Below are positions 34,749-43,359 of a DNA stretch of 64,000 bases, piece after piece (position 1 is the stretch's first letter; the number at the start of each line of letters is the position of its first letter). The stretch is taken from the NCBI GenBank assembly GCA_021772455.1, contig JAJFLY010000008.1:10741-74740 (forward strand), written 5' to 3'. The position numbers and the translations under genes are program-made. The notes under the pieces were generated by a model. That model worked only from the letters and a program-made list of their open reading frames with translations, made no database searches and was not told the origin of the DNA. This stretch comes from Chlamydiota bacterium (lineage in GTDB: Bacteria; Chlamydiota; Chlamydiia; Chlamydiales; JAAKFR01).

Positions 34749-35828
34749 ATGAGCGGATATAAATTTTCACAAATTCTTTTGATCGAGTTAATTGCAATTT
34801 TTCTGGGAATTGCTTTTGGAATCATTCCAGCCTTGATGGGGCTGATCACTAACCCAAATTTTCACGCCCTTTTGATCGAAGATGTGCGTATGTTGTTTGT
34901 CCCCTTTATCTTTGCAGCCATTATTTGTGCTGCTGTGACGGGGAGAGGGCCAATCTTTTTTTTCTTAGGCATGGGGGCGACGTGTTGTGCGCTTGCGTTG
35001 ATTGGTGCAACGGCAATCTCTCTTAAAGATAGCTTTGTCCTGCTTTTTATCGCGCAAATTTTGCTCGGAGGGGGAGTGGGGAGTCTCTTAACGATTTTAA
35101 GTCGTTGGGTGTTTACCCTCTTTCCTAAGCGTAGTTTTAGTGCGATGCTCTTTTTGTGGGCTGGCGTGAGCTTTGGGATGCTTCTTTCGGGTCTTCTGAT
35201 CGATTTTACCTTGATTTTACACAAGTGGTGGCTTGCTCCCTTGCTTGTGCTAGGCGCGCTTTTCGTTCTTCTTCTGCTTCTGGAACTTCTGGTTGATTTA
35301 CCTCATGTACCTAAAAGGAAGGAGGCTTTAAAAGGCTCGATTTTTCTCTTTTTGATTCCTGCAGTTCTCTATGGCTACTTGATGTCGAATCTTGGGGTTT
35401 GGCACTACGATTTGATGTTGATGCGCTTTGATCTCTTATTCTTCAGCTTTTGGACTGTGATTACAGTCGCACGTTTCTTAATCGGCCTCTTTTTTCCTCT
35501 ACTCTCGCCCATTATTTGGTACTGCGCATTTGCAGTAGTGATTGTGATTGCACCGCTGATTTTACCCCTTAGCACGTTTTTCTTAGCATTCGCGCTCGCA
35601 GCTCTTTTTCCGATTAATCTTGCATGGACGCAAAAACGTTTCGGTGGGGGGGCTGGGCTTGTGATTGCGTGTTATTTATTGGGTATTGCACTTGGACAGC
35701 CCTACAAGCTCGATCCTCTCGTGATTGTGAGTGGAGGGGCTCTTTTATTTTTCTTCCATCTGTTTACGGGTATTGCGTTTCCAGCAAAGAAGAAGGAACA
35801 CACCGATCACAATAAAACCGGCAGCTGA
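34749..35828 (+). CDS. polytopic membrane protein, transporter-like (~359 aa, ~10-12 TM)
   Basis: Hydrophobic throughout. I used the ATG at 34749 (the ORF track starts at TTG 34737). No diagnostic MFS motif was seen. Confidence 0.55.
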   Translation: MSGYKFSQILLIELIAIFLGIAFGIIPALMGLITNPNFHALLIEDVRMLFVPFIFAAIICAAVTGRGPIFFFLGMGATCCALALIGATAISLKDSFVLLFIAQILLGGGVGSLLTILSRWVFTLFPKRSFSAMLFLWAGVSFGMLLSGLLIDFTLILHKWWLAPLLVLGALFVLLLLLELLVDLPHVPKRKEALKGSIFLFLIPAVLYGYLMSNLGVWHYDLMLMRFDLLFFSFWTVITVARFLIGLFFPLLSPIIWYCAFAVVIVIAPLILPLSTFFLAFALAALFPINLAWTQKRFGGGAGLVIACYLLGIALGQPYKLDPLVIVSGGALLFFFHLFTGIAFPAKKKEHTDHNKTGS

Positions 35829-36176
35829 GAGCATGGGAATGGTGATCATTCCGAGGCCGATATAATATTTTTCTGAACAACTTGGACCCGCTCCGCAAAT
35901 GTCGATCGGATTCCAGCCTGGGATCTCCTGAATGGCGATCTGGTAGAGAGCTACCACAAGGCCGATGATTATCTGCGGTAGTACGTAGCGGGTGATGTCA
36001 AAGAAGCTTTTATAAGCTGCGATTCCGAGGATGATGACTAAGGGAAAAAGACAAATCCGTTGAAACCAGCACATGTGACACGGTTCTAGGTGGCGAATTT
36101 CGCTGAAATATAAGCTCACGAGCGTGCCGATTGAAGCGAGTAGCCATGCAATATAGAGTTCTAAACTTCGTGCCAT
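35745..36176 (-). CDS. dsbB: disulfide bond formation protein B (DsbB/BdbC family, 143 aa)
   Basis: Four TM helices, a CxxC in the first loop (CHMCWFQR) and a second Cys pair (ICGAGPSC). Confidence 0.75.
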   Translation of the reverse strand: MARSLELYIAWLLASIGTLVSLYFSEIRHLEPCHMCWFQRICLFPLVIILGIAAYKSFFDITRYVLPQIIIGLVVALYQIAIQEIPGWNPIDICGAGPSCSEKYYIGLGMITIPMLSAAGFIVIGVFLLLCWKRNTRKQMEEK

Positions 36177-36847
36177 TAATATACCCCTTCGTGCTCGAGA
36201 ACTTCTTGGATCAATTTGGAAAGTCCATCTACTGTGAGCTCTTTAACTTCGATTCCGTTTACATACACTGTAGGTGTTGAGATCACTCCCCCCATTACTT
36301 TCGCGCCATACTCGGTGTTCTTCTTGATTTGGACGCGGTACTTCTCCATATCGATACATCTGGTGAGCTTATCGATCTTGATGGCAGGAGAGGTTTTCTT
36401 AGCAAACTCTCCAAGCTCAGCAGATGTTGCCCAATCGGTATGTTCGTCAGGTTGGTGTTCGTAAATGTAGTCGAAGTAATTTAAAAACATCTCACTGTTT
36501 GGATAGTCAGGGTCGGCATTGTAGACGCACAGAAGGGCAACGGCAGCTGGCATCGATCCAGGTAAAAATGAGACGGGAATAACGGTGTAGGTTACCTTGT
36601 TTGTATCGATGAACTCTTTTTTGATCGTTGGAAAAACCATATCATTATAATCGCGACAATTGGAGCACTTTGGTTCCTCGAAAACGACAATATGGACGCG
36701 GGCTTTTGGATAGCCGATTGTGGGTTGTCCTTCTGTATCGAGTTCAATTGCGGGAGGGAGCTCTGTTGAGCATAGATAATAAATTGTTCCACAAGCAATA
36801 ACAAGTAACGCAAAAGTAAAAACAACCAACGATTTAATATGACGCAT
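36176..36847 (-). CDS. DsbA-like thioredoxin-fold thiol:disulfide oxidoreductase, membrane-anchored/secreted (223 aa)
   Basis: N-terminal hydrophobic anchor and a CxxC active site (EEPKCSNCRDY). Its stop abuts the dsbB start. Confidence 0.75.
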   Translation of the reverse strand: MRHIKSLVVFTFALLVIACGTIYYLCSTELPPAIELDTEGQPTIGYPKARVHIVVFEEPKCSNCRDYNDMVFPTIKKEFIDTNKVTYTVIPVSFLPGSMPAAVALLCVYNADPDYPNSEMFLNYFDYIYEHQPDEHTDWATSAELGEFAKKTSPAIKIDKLTRCIDMEKYRVQIKKNTEYGAKVMGGVISTPTVYVNGIEVKELTVDGLSKLIQEVLEHEGVY

Positions 36848-36955
36848 AAATACTCCTGATAAATTAGATTATATATAAATCTATATTTTATTTAGAGAAT
36901 AGTTTTGTTAAGGGTTTGTTTGGTTTTATCTGTTTGAATTTTAGTAGATTAAATT

Positions 36956-37327
36956 CTATTCAGGAGGTTTTTGGCGGCGCTGGCGACGCTTCTTTTGCTT
37001 ACGCAGCTTCTCCAACTTCTTCTCTTTAGGGGATTTTGTTCCAAATTGTTCTTTCTCAAGAAGTTCGCATAACTGCCTGCGGGCAAAGAAGCGGTTGAGC
37101 TCTCTAGAGCGCTCTTTACCGCACTTGACCTCGATGCCAGTGGGGAGGTGTTTTAGGTAGACACACGAGGCTGTTTTGTTGACTTTTTGTCCTCCAGGTC
37201 CGCTTCCGAGGACAAATTTTTCGATGAGATCTGCGTCTTGGATGCAGAGACGTTCCATCCGCCTCTGCAGCTCTTCGATTTTTTCCTTACCTACCGTACC
37301 CATAATATTTCCTAGAGAGGGAGTCAT
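36956..37327 (-). CDS. GGQ-motif RF-1-domain protein (ArfB-like peptidyl-tRNA hydrolase, 123 aa)
   Basis: [16 protein letters not shown] and a strongly basic C-terminal tail, [20 protein letters not shown]. An alternative ATG exists at 37303. Confidence 0.7.
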   Translation of the reverse strand: MTPSLGNIMGTVGKEKIEELQRRMERLCIQDADLIEKFVLGSGPGGQKVNKTASCVYLKHLPTGIEVKCGKERSRELNRFFARRQLCELLEKEQFGTKSPKEKKLEKLRKQKKRRQRRQKPPE

Positions 37328-37865
37328 ATAAAGAGGCTATATTGCCTGAATGCCCATTCTCCCTTTGTATCATATAGTGAGTTTCAAAGTCGTGGGCAAT
37401 ATGCCACCTCGCATTTGGAGGGAAATACCCTTGGCTGATTGCCTTTTCGACAAGAGCGGCGACTGCGCACGCATTTTCGTGCTCGATCCGCTCAACAGAT
37501 TCGACATAGTCATTTTTGGAGATCTGACGGTTTTCAGCAAGCCAATCGAGACGCTCAAAGCGTTTTTCGGCTATTGCATTGTGGAGTTCAAAAAAGATCG
37601 AACGGATGACCTCTCCATGGGGACGGGGGACATTTGCATTAATGACAATCGCTCGGTCGTCTCCGACCCACATCGCAGGGCTTTTGCTGTGGAAACGGGC
37701 CCAATGAATGGAAATAGGACCCTCGGCTTCCACATCGGAAATCAATTTTTTCCCTTCGGGAAAATGGTAAATGGTATCCAGCGCCGATTTAAGCTCAGGG
37801 GCGCAACGTGGATAGGCATAGAGCGAGCTCAATAATAAAAGAGGTATCAGTAAATACTTTTTCAT
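37287..37865 (-). CDS. secreted hypothetical protein (192 aa)
   Basis: Signal peptide [17 protein letters not shown]. It lies in the operon between tkt and the GGQ protein. No motif recognised. Confidence 0.55.
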   Translation of the reverse strand: MKKYLLIPLLLLSSLYAYPRCAPELKSALDTIYHFPEGKKLISDVEAEGPISIHWARFHSKSPAMWVGDDRAIVINANVPRPHGEVIRSIFFELHNAIAEKRFERLDWLAENRQISKNDYVESVERIEHENACAVAALVEKAISQGYFPPNARWHIAHDFETHYMIQRENGHSGNIASLYDSLSRKYYGYGR

Positions 37866-37907
37866 ATTCCCACAGTCGTTTGAGTTTAAAGACTATGGGA
37901 GTATCTC

Positions 37908-39980
37908 TTATTTGTATGTGACTTGCAACAAGTCTTTTGCTTCTTTTACAAGATTTTCTGGGGTGAAGCCATATTTTTTTAAGAGCTCTTTTAGCGGAGC
38001 AGAGGCTCCAAATGTATGCATGCCGATCGAGCGTCCTTGTAATCCGACATAGCGCTCCCATCCAAAAGTCGAGGCTTGTTCGACAGAGATGCGGGCGGTG
38101 ACGTTTGGTGGTAATACTGAGTTGCGGTAGTTCTCATCTTGTTTTTCAAAGAGTTCCCAAGAGGGCATACTGACGACACGGCATTTGACCCCTTCTTTTG
38201 TGAGCTCCTCATAGGCGTTTAGGCATAAAGAGACCTCACTTCCTGTTCCGATGAAAATGAGTTCGGGCGTTCCTTCGCAATCGGCAAGGACATAAGCTCC
38301 TTTATGGAGTCCTTCGGCGGAGCCATATTTAGTGCGGTCGAGAGTGGGGACGTTTTGGCGCGTCAGAACCATGACCACTGGCTCATGCTTTTGTTCTGCG
38401 ATGTGTTTCCACGCTTCAAGGACTTCATTTGCATCGCACGGGCGGATGGTTGTCAAACCTGGAATGGCGCGCAGCGAGGCGAGCTGTTCGACAGGTTGGT
38501 GTGTGGGTCCATCTTCTCCCACTCCAATCGAGTCGTGGGTAAATAGGTAGACAACAGGAATTTCCATAAGGGCGCTTAAACGGATCGAAGGGCGGCAGTA
38601 GTCACTAAAGATGAAAAAGCCGGCTCCAAAGGGGCGCACTTTTGAAAGAGAGAGGCCGTTTAGGATAGAGGCCATTGCATGTTCCCGAATTCCAAAATGG
38701 AAGTTGCGTCCATTGTAACTTCCTGGCTCAAAATCGCCCGCACCCTCAAATTTCAGATGGGTTTTCGTCGATGGAGCCAAATCAGCGGCGCCTCCCATGA
38801 GCCATGGGTAGTTCTTGGCGAGCACATTCAATACTTCTCCGTTTGAGGTGCGTGTCGCCATCCCAACAGGGTCTGCTGGATACGGTTTAAAATCTTGGTC
38901 AAATCCATCTGGAAGTTGTCGATGTTGCATCTTATAGAGGTGGTCAGCGAGCTCTGGGTATTCTTGCTTATAGCGATCGAATTGTTCCATCCACCCTTCT
39001 CTTAATGTACGCCCCCGTTTTCCAATTCCCTTATTAAAGGTCTCTTGGACCTCATCGGGAACTAAAAACTTGGCATCTTCAGGCCATCCATAATTTTTCT
39101 TCGTGAGGCGAATTTCCTCTTCTCCAAGTGGCTCACCATGGGCGGCGCTTGTCCCTTGTTTATGGGGAGAGCCCCAGCCAATATGACTATCGACGATAAT
39201 GAAGGTGGGGCGGTCGCTTGTTTTATGAAATGTTTCAAAAGCCTCAGAGAGTAAATGGAGATCGTTTGCATCTCCCACTCGCAGAACATTCCAGCCGTAT
39301 CCAAGGAATCTTGAGGCGATATCCTCTGTAAAAGCGAGATCGGTGCTCCCTTCGATGGTGATGTGGTTGTTATCGTAAATCCAGCAGAGGTTTGAAAGCT
39401 TGAGGTGGCCTGCAATAGAGGCGGCCTCGGAGCTCACCCCTTCCATCATATCTCCATCGCCACAAATCGCATAAACGTTGTAATCGATCATATCAAATCC
39501 AGGACGGTTGAAGTAAGAGCTCATCCAGCGGCTTCCAATTGCCATCCCGACGCTGTTTGAAACCCCTTGGCCAAGTGGTCCAGTTGTCGTTTCGATTCCT
39601 GAGGTCCAACGGTATTCTGGATGGCCAGGACATTTACTCTCAAGCTGGCGGAATTTTTTAATGTCATCGAGTGTTACAGAGGGCTCACCAACAGATTCGT
39701 ATTTTTCGTTTACCGCTTGGACGCCTGTGAGGTGGAGAAGGGAGTAGAGGAGCATCGATGCATGCCCATTTGAAAGGACAAAACGGTCTCGGTTCGGCCA
39801 AATACAATCTTTTGGATCAAATCGTAAATAGCGCTGCCATAGACAGTAGGCGACGGGAGCGAGCGCCATCGGGGTTCCAGGGTGGCCAGAATTTGCAGCT
39901 TGAACCGCATCCATGGCAAGTGTCCGGATCGTATTGATAGCCAGAATGTCTTCTTCGTTTGTATCTTTTGATTCGCTCAT
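37908..39980 (-). CDS. tkt: transketolase (690 aa)
   Basis: SGHPGTPMALAP, the thiamine-diphosphate motif GDGDMMEGVSSEA, THDSIGVGEDGPTHQP. Confidence 0.95.
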   Translation of the reverse strand: MSESKDTNEEDILAINTIRTLAMDAVQAANSGHPGTPMALAPVAYCLWQRYLRFDPKDCIWPNRDRFVLSNGHASMLLYSLLHLTGVQAVNEKYESVGEPSVTLDDIKKFRQLESKCPGHPEYRWTSGIETTTGPLGQGVSNSVGMAIGSRWMSSYFNRPGFDMIDYNVYAICGDGDMMEGVSSEAASIAGHLKLSNLCWIYDNNHITIEGSTDLAFTEDIASRFLGYGWNVLRVGDANDLHLLSEAFETFHKTSDRPTFIIVDSHIGWGSPHKQGTSAAHGEPLGEEEIRLTKKNYGWPEDAKFLVPDEVQETFNKGIGKRGRTLREGWMEQFDRYKQEYPELADHLYKMQHRQLPDGFDQDFKPYPADPVGMATRTSNGEVLNVLAKNYPWLMGGAADLAPSTKTHLKFEGAGDFEPGSYNGRNFHFGIREHAMASILNGLSLSKVRPFGAGFFIFSDYCRPSIRLSALMEIPVVYLFTHDSIGVGEDGPTHQPVEQLASLRAIPGLTTIRPCDANEVLEAWKHIAEQKHEPVVMVLTRQNVPTLDRTKYGSAEGLHKGAYVLADCEGTPELIFIGTGSEVSLCLNAYEELTKEGVKCRVVSMPSWELFEKQDENYRNSVLPPNVTARISVEQASTFGWERYVGLQGRSIGMHTFGASAPLKELLKKYGFTPENLVKEAKDLLQVTYK

Positions 39981-39998
39981 AATCTTTCCCTTAATAAT

Positions 39999-40313
39999 TT
40001 AATCTTTTGCACCAAAGCCGAGTATCAAGCAGGCTCTTTCGCCATAAACAAAACCCATAAGAGCGAGTATTGCATAGATTACACCAAAAAATTGGTAGTA
40101 AGCACGTAATATGTTGCGATTTGCAAATACGACGCAAAAAGCTAGGGCTCCCGAGACAACGTGTAGTGTGTTGAGCCAAATGTTGACATGGAAGACATCT
40201 GCAAGACGTTCCTCAACAATGAGATTGGGAACAAATCCTGCTATTCCAATTAGCAGAAAGACGATCCCAATAATATAGGCAAATGGTCGCACTTTATTTT
40301 TCCTTTTAACCAA
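39999..40313 (-). CDS. small membrane protein (104 aa, 3 TM)
   Basis: Three hydrophobic helices. It has its own upstream AT-rich spacer. Confidence 0.5.
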   Translation of the reverse strand: MVKRKNKVRPFAYIIGIVFLLIGIAGFVPNLIVEERLADVFHVNIWLNTLHVVSGALAFCVVFANRNILRAYYQFFGVIYAILALMGFVYGERACLILGFGAKD

Positions 40314-40358
40314 TCATAATGAATAAATAAAAATTTTTATATTAATATTTTGGGAATG

Positions 40359-40364
40359 TATAAT
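40359..40364 (+). promoter_or_regulatory. candidate -10 element (TATAAT, preceded by TG) for the SDR/VKOR-like operon
   Basis: aaTGTATAATaaa lies 37 nt upstream of the ATG at 40401, with a good RBS AGGAGCGGAG just before the ATG. No convincing -35 element. Confidence 0.3.
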
Positions 40365-40400
40365 AAAATGAATGAAAATGCGGATTAACTAGGAGCGGAG

Positions 40401-41477
40401 ATGTCGACCGAAAAGCAAGTAGTTGTTGTAACAGGAAGCAGTGGACGGATAGGCACACGGATAATTGAAAGCTTAGGCGAAGAATTTCAACCGGTTGGAT
40501 TAGATTTTGTCGGAATCACATCTCATATACCTTCTATGGAATTTGTCTATGTCGATCTCTCATCGGATGAAAGTGTTGAGTGCGCCTTTGATCGCATTCG
40601 CAAGGCTTATGGGAATCGAATTGCATCGATTATTCATCTTGCCGCTTTCTATAGCTTTGAAGGGACACATCTCGAGCTTTATGATGCGATCACAGTTGAA
40701 GGGACGCGTCGAGTGCTACGAGAAGCGAAAAAATTCGAGGTTGGCCAGTTTATCTTTACTAGTACGATGCTCGTGCATGAACCAAGTGAGAGGGGAGTGA
40801 TCCAAAACGAAGATTCTCCGATTCGCGGAAAATGGCACTATCCCGCATCAAAGGTGCGCACCGAGAAGGTGATTCGCGAAGAGCACGGAGATATTCCCTA
40901 TGTGATCATCCGTATCGCAGGGTGTTATGATGACACGTGTAACTGCGTGCCGATCTCACAACACATCTCTCGCATCTACGAAAAGCAGTTAGCCAGTCTC
41001 GTCTTTCCGGGCAACTCATCGAACGGCGTCCCCTATACCCACTTTGAGGATTTAAGCGATCTCCTCTTACTTTTGATCCATAAGCGCAAAGAGGTTCCTA
41101 AAGAGCTTGTCCTGCTATGCTGCGAAGAAGATTCCATCACCTATCGCGAACTCCAAACAGCATTTGGACATCTGATTCACGACTCAAAAAAATGGCCGAT
41201 GTGGTGGATTCCAAAGCCGATTGCAAAAATGGGCGCGTGGGTACAAAACCATACACCCTTTATGGCAAAGCCCTTTATTAAGCCCTGGATGGTCGATCTT
41301 GCCGATGATAACTATCAATTTACAATGGAAAGGGCAAAAAAAGTTCTTGGCTGGTCACCTAAACGCTCTTTACGTAAGACCATGCCAAAATTAATAGAAA
41401 ACATGAAAGCCGATCCCATTGCGTGGTATAAGCGGCACAACATCCCTGTTCCTCACTCTCTAAGGAGAAAAAAATGA
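40401..41477 (+). CDS. NAD-dependent epimerase/dehydratase family protein (extended SDR, 358 aa), paralog 2
   Basis: VTGSSGRIG, YPASKVR (YxxxK). It is collinear with 2793-3887. Confidence 0.8.
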   Translation: MSTEKQVVVVTGSSGRIGTRIIESLGEEFQPVGLDFVGITSHIPSMEFVYVDLSSDESVECAFDRIRKAYGNRIASIIHLAAFYSFEGTHLELYDAITVEGTRRVLREAKKFEVGQFIFTSTMLVHEPSERGVIQNEDSPIRGKWHYPASKVRTEKVIREEHGDIPYVIIRIAGCYDDTCNCVPISQHISRIYEKQLASLVFPGNSSNGVPYTHFEDLSDLLLLLIHKRKEVPKELVLLCCEEDSITYRELQTAFGHLIHDSKKWPMWWIPKPIAKMGAWVQNHTPFMAKPFIKPWMVDLADDNYQFTMERAKKVLGWSPKRSLRKTMPKLIENMKADPIAWYKRHNIPVPHSLRRKK

Positions 41478-42808
41478 CCCAAATAAGTGCAGAAGAACGC
41501 TGCAAAATCGAATGCGAATTCCACAATAAGATGATCTGGACCCGTTTTGGGATGATCGTTCTCGGCCTCTGGCTCCTCATGAGTCCCGAGTCTTTTGGGT
41601 ATATCCACGCTCCGCTCCGCTATAGTGACTGGATTTCAGGAGGCTTACTCATCCTTTTTGGCTTCATGTCGATGAAGAGAAACTGGTGTGGCTGGATCTG
41701 GGGAGGGTGTCTTGTCGGAATCTGGCTCCAGTTTGCTCCACTTGCATTCTGGGCACAAGAATCGGTCATTTATGTAAACGATACACTGATCGGCGTCCTT
41801 GCGATCGCCTTTTGCGTCCTCGTTCCTCTGCGTCCTCAGCAGTTTGATATCGGCCCGCAAATTCCACCAGGCTGGACCTATAACCCTTCAGCGTGGTCGC
41901 AGCGGATCCCCGTTATTTTCTTCGCCATTGTGGGGTGGTTTCTTGCCCGTTATATGGCTGCTTTTCAGCTCCACTACATCGACTACGTGTGGGATCCATT
42001 TTTCGGGATGGGAACCGAAAAAGTGATCACCTCCCTGATCTCGAAAGAATTTCCTGTGCCCGACGCCGGCCTTGGCGCGATGGCCTACTCGTTAGAAGCG
42101 ATTATGGGAGCTAAAGGGGGTGTACGTCGTTGGCATACAATGCCTTGGATTGTCGTCGTATTCGGAATTCTCGTTGTTCCACTTGGTTTTATCAGTATTA
42201 CCCTCGTGATGCTCCAGCCGATTGCTGTTGGCGCGTGGTGTGGTCTTTGCTTGATTATTGCGGCCTGTATGTTGGTTATGCTTGCCCTAACCGTCGATGA
42301 AGTATTGGCCGTTTGCCAATATTTACACCGCGTGCGGCGCGAGAAAAAGAAATTTTGGCGTATATTCTTCAGAGGTTCAGAGTATAGCGAAGATAGTGTT
42401 GACACTAGAGCCCCAACGTTTAACCAATCGCCCTGGAAGATCATTAAAGGAATGTTCTGGGGTGTGCGCATCCAATGGAATCTTCTGATTACAGCGCTTA
42501 TCGGAGCATGGTTGCTCTTTGCGAACAACATCATCGGATTTCATGGAGTTTTGGCTGATAATACCGACGTCTGTGGAGCGTTGATCGTCGTCTTTTCGAT
42601 CATCTCCTTGGCAGAAGTTATTCGTCCGGTCAGATTTGTGAATATGCTCGTGGCGCTGTGGTTTGGAATTTCGGTTTTTGTTCTACCGGGAGCAACACCA
42701 TTTTTGATGTGGCACGCCGTGATTGTCGCTGTTGTGGTGATTATGCTCTCAATTTTCCGTGGTCGGATCAAAGAGAAGTATGGCAACTGGGACCGAAAAA
42801 TCTTCTAA
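41474..42808 (+). CDS. polytopic membrane protein with a VKOR-like core flanked by SPW-repeat-like segments (444 aa)
   Basis: A 4-nt overlap with the SDR gene. The core FPVPDAGLGAMAYSLEAIMG...GAWCGLCLIIAACML resembles the VKOR helix bundle with its CxxC. WLLMSPESFGY is an SPW-like motif. Confidence 0.5.
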   Translation: MTQISAEERCKIECEFHNKMIWTRFGMIVLGLWLLMSPESFGYIHAPLRYSDWISGGLLILFGFMSMKRNWCGWIWGGCLVGIWLQFAPLAFWAQESVIYVNDTLIGVLAIAFCVLVPLRPQQFDIGPQIPPGWTYNPSAWSQRIPVIFFAIVGWFLARYMAAFQLHYIDYVWDPFFGMGTEKVITSLISKEFPVPDAGLGAMAYSLEAIMGAKGGVRRWHTMPWIVVVFGILVVPLGFISITLVMLQPIAVGAWCGLCLIIAACMLVMLALTVDEVLAVCQYLHRVRREKKKFWRIFFRGSEYSEDSVDTRAPTFNQSPWKIIKGMFWGVRIQWNLLITALIGAWLLFANNIIGFHGVLADNTDVCGALIVVFSIISLAEVIRPVRFVNMLVALWFGISVFVLPGATPFLMWHAVIVAVVVIMLSIFRGRIKEKYGNWDRKIF

Positions 42809-42963
42809 TAGGCGGATTGACGCAATTTACTAATATATGGCTACTAATTCAGCATGTTCTCTGACAATAAAAAAAATAACATGGTGTAAGCAGTTATTTA
42901 GTTGAAGTTATTTCTATTATATTGTATAATATCCCTACTTTTATTTACTAAATGGTGTGATTT

Positions 42964-43359
42964 ATGGCGGCAATTACAGGTCCAGGAGATGCGGAAAGAG
43001 GGCAGCAATTTTTAATACAAAAAGAAGCCAATCCTAAGTCTACAGAGATTAAAATTTTTAACTATCTCCTTTCTGAAGCTGAAAATGGGAATGTAAGCGT
43101 TTATAGCGAACTCGCAGCTTGTTATGCACTTGGAGTAGGTGTTGAGCCTTCTCGTCGATCGGCAAAGCACTACTTTAAGCTTGCGGCTGCGAATAAAGAT
43201 TCTAGTGCCATGTGTATCATCGGCTATTGTTATTTGAATGGAGAGGGTGAGGTTGAGCAAGACCCTAAAAAGGGAATAAAAATCCTAAAGAAAGCTGCAG
43301 CTCTGGGGCATTCTGTAGCACAAGATCTCCTCAATACGGCTAGATCCGATCAGCTATAA
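42964..43359 (+). CDS. Sel1-like repeat (SLR/TPR) protein (131 aa)
   Basis: Two to three SLR units (LAACYALGVGVEPSRRSAKHYFKLAA; IIGYCYLNGEGEVEQDPKKGIKILKKAAALGHSVAQ). Confidence 0.75.
   Translation: MAAITGPGDAERGQQFLIQKEANPKSTEIKIFNYLLSEAENGNVSVYSELAACYALGVGVEPSRRSAKHYFKLAAANKDSSAMCIIGYCYLNGEGEVEQDPKKGIKILKKAAALGHSVAQDLLNTARSDQL

Noticed and set aside
36865-36883. An AT-rich palindrome, TAGATT-ATATATA-AATCTA, just upstream of the DsbA-like gene.
   Set aside because: It lies in a very AT-rich promoter spacer, where such palindromes arise by chance. There is no second copy or regulator to support an operator call.
37350-37835. A 161-aa plus-strand ORF almost exactly antisense to the 192-aa minus-strand gene (37287-37865).
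   Set aside because: The minus-strand frame has a clear signal peptide and sits in a minus-strand operon (tkt upstream, GGQ protein downstream) with short junctions. The plus-strand frame has no RBS or partner genes. I kept the minus-strand call, though neither frame has a recognisable family.
42085-42534. A 149-aa antisense ORF inside the VKOR-like membrane-protein gene, and several 60-130-aa antisense or alternative-frame ORFs inside the two ADH genes (1022-2562).
   Set aside because: The host genes have strong motif support. The alternative frames are Arg/Ser/Pro-rich, with no starts backed by an RBS.
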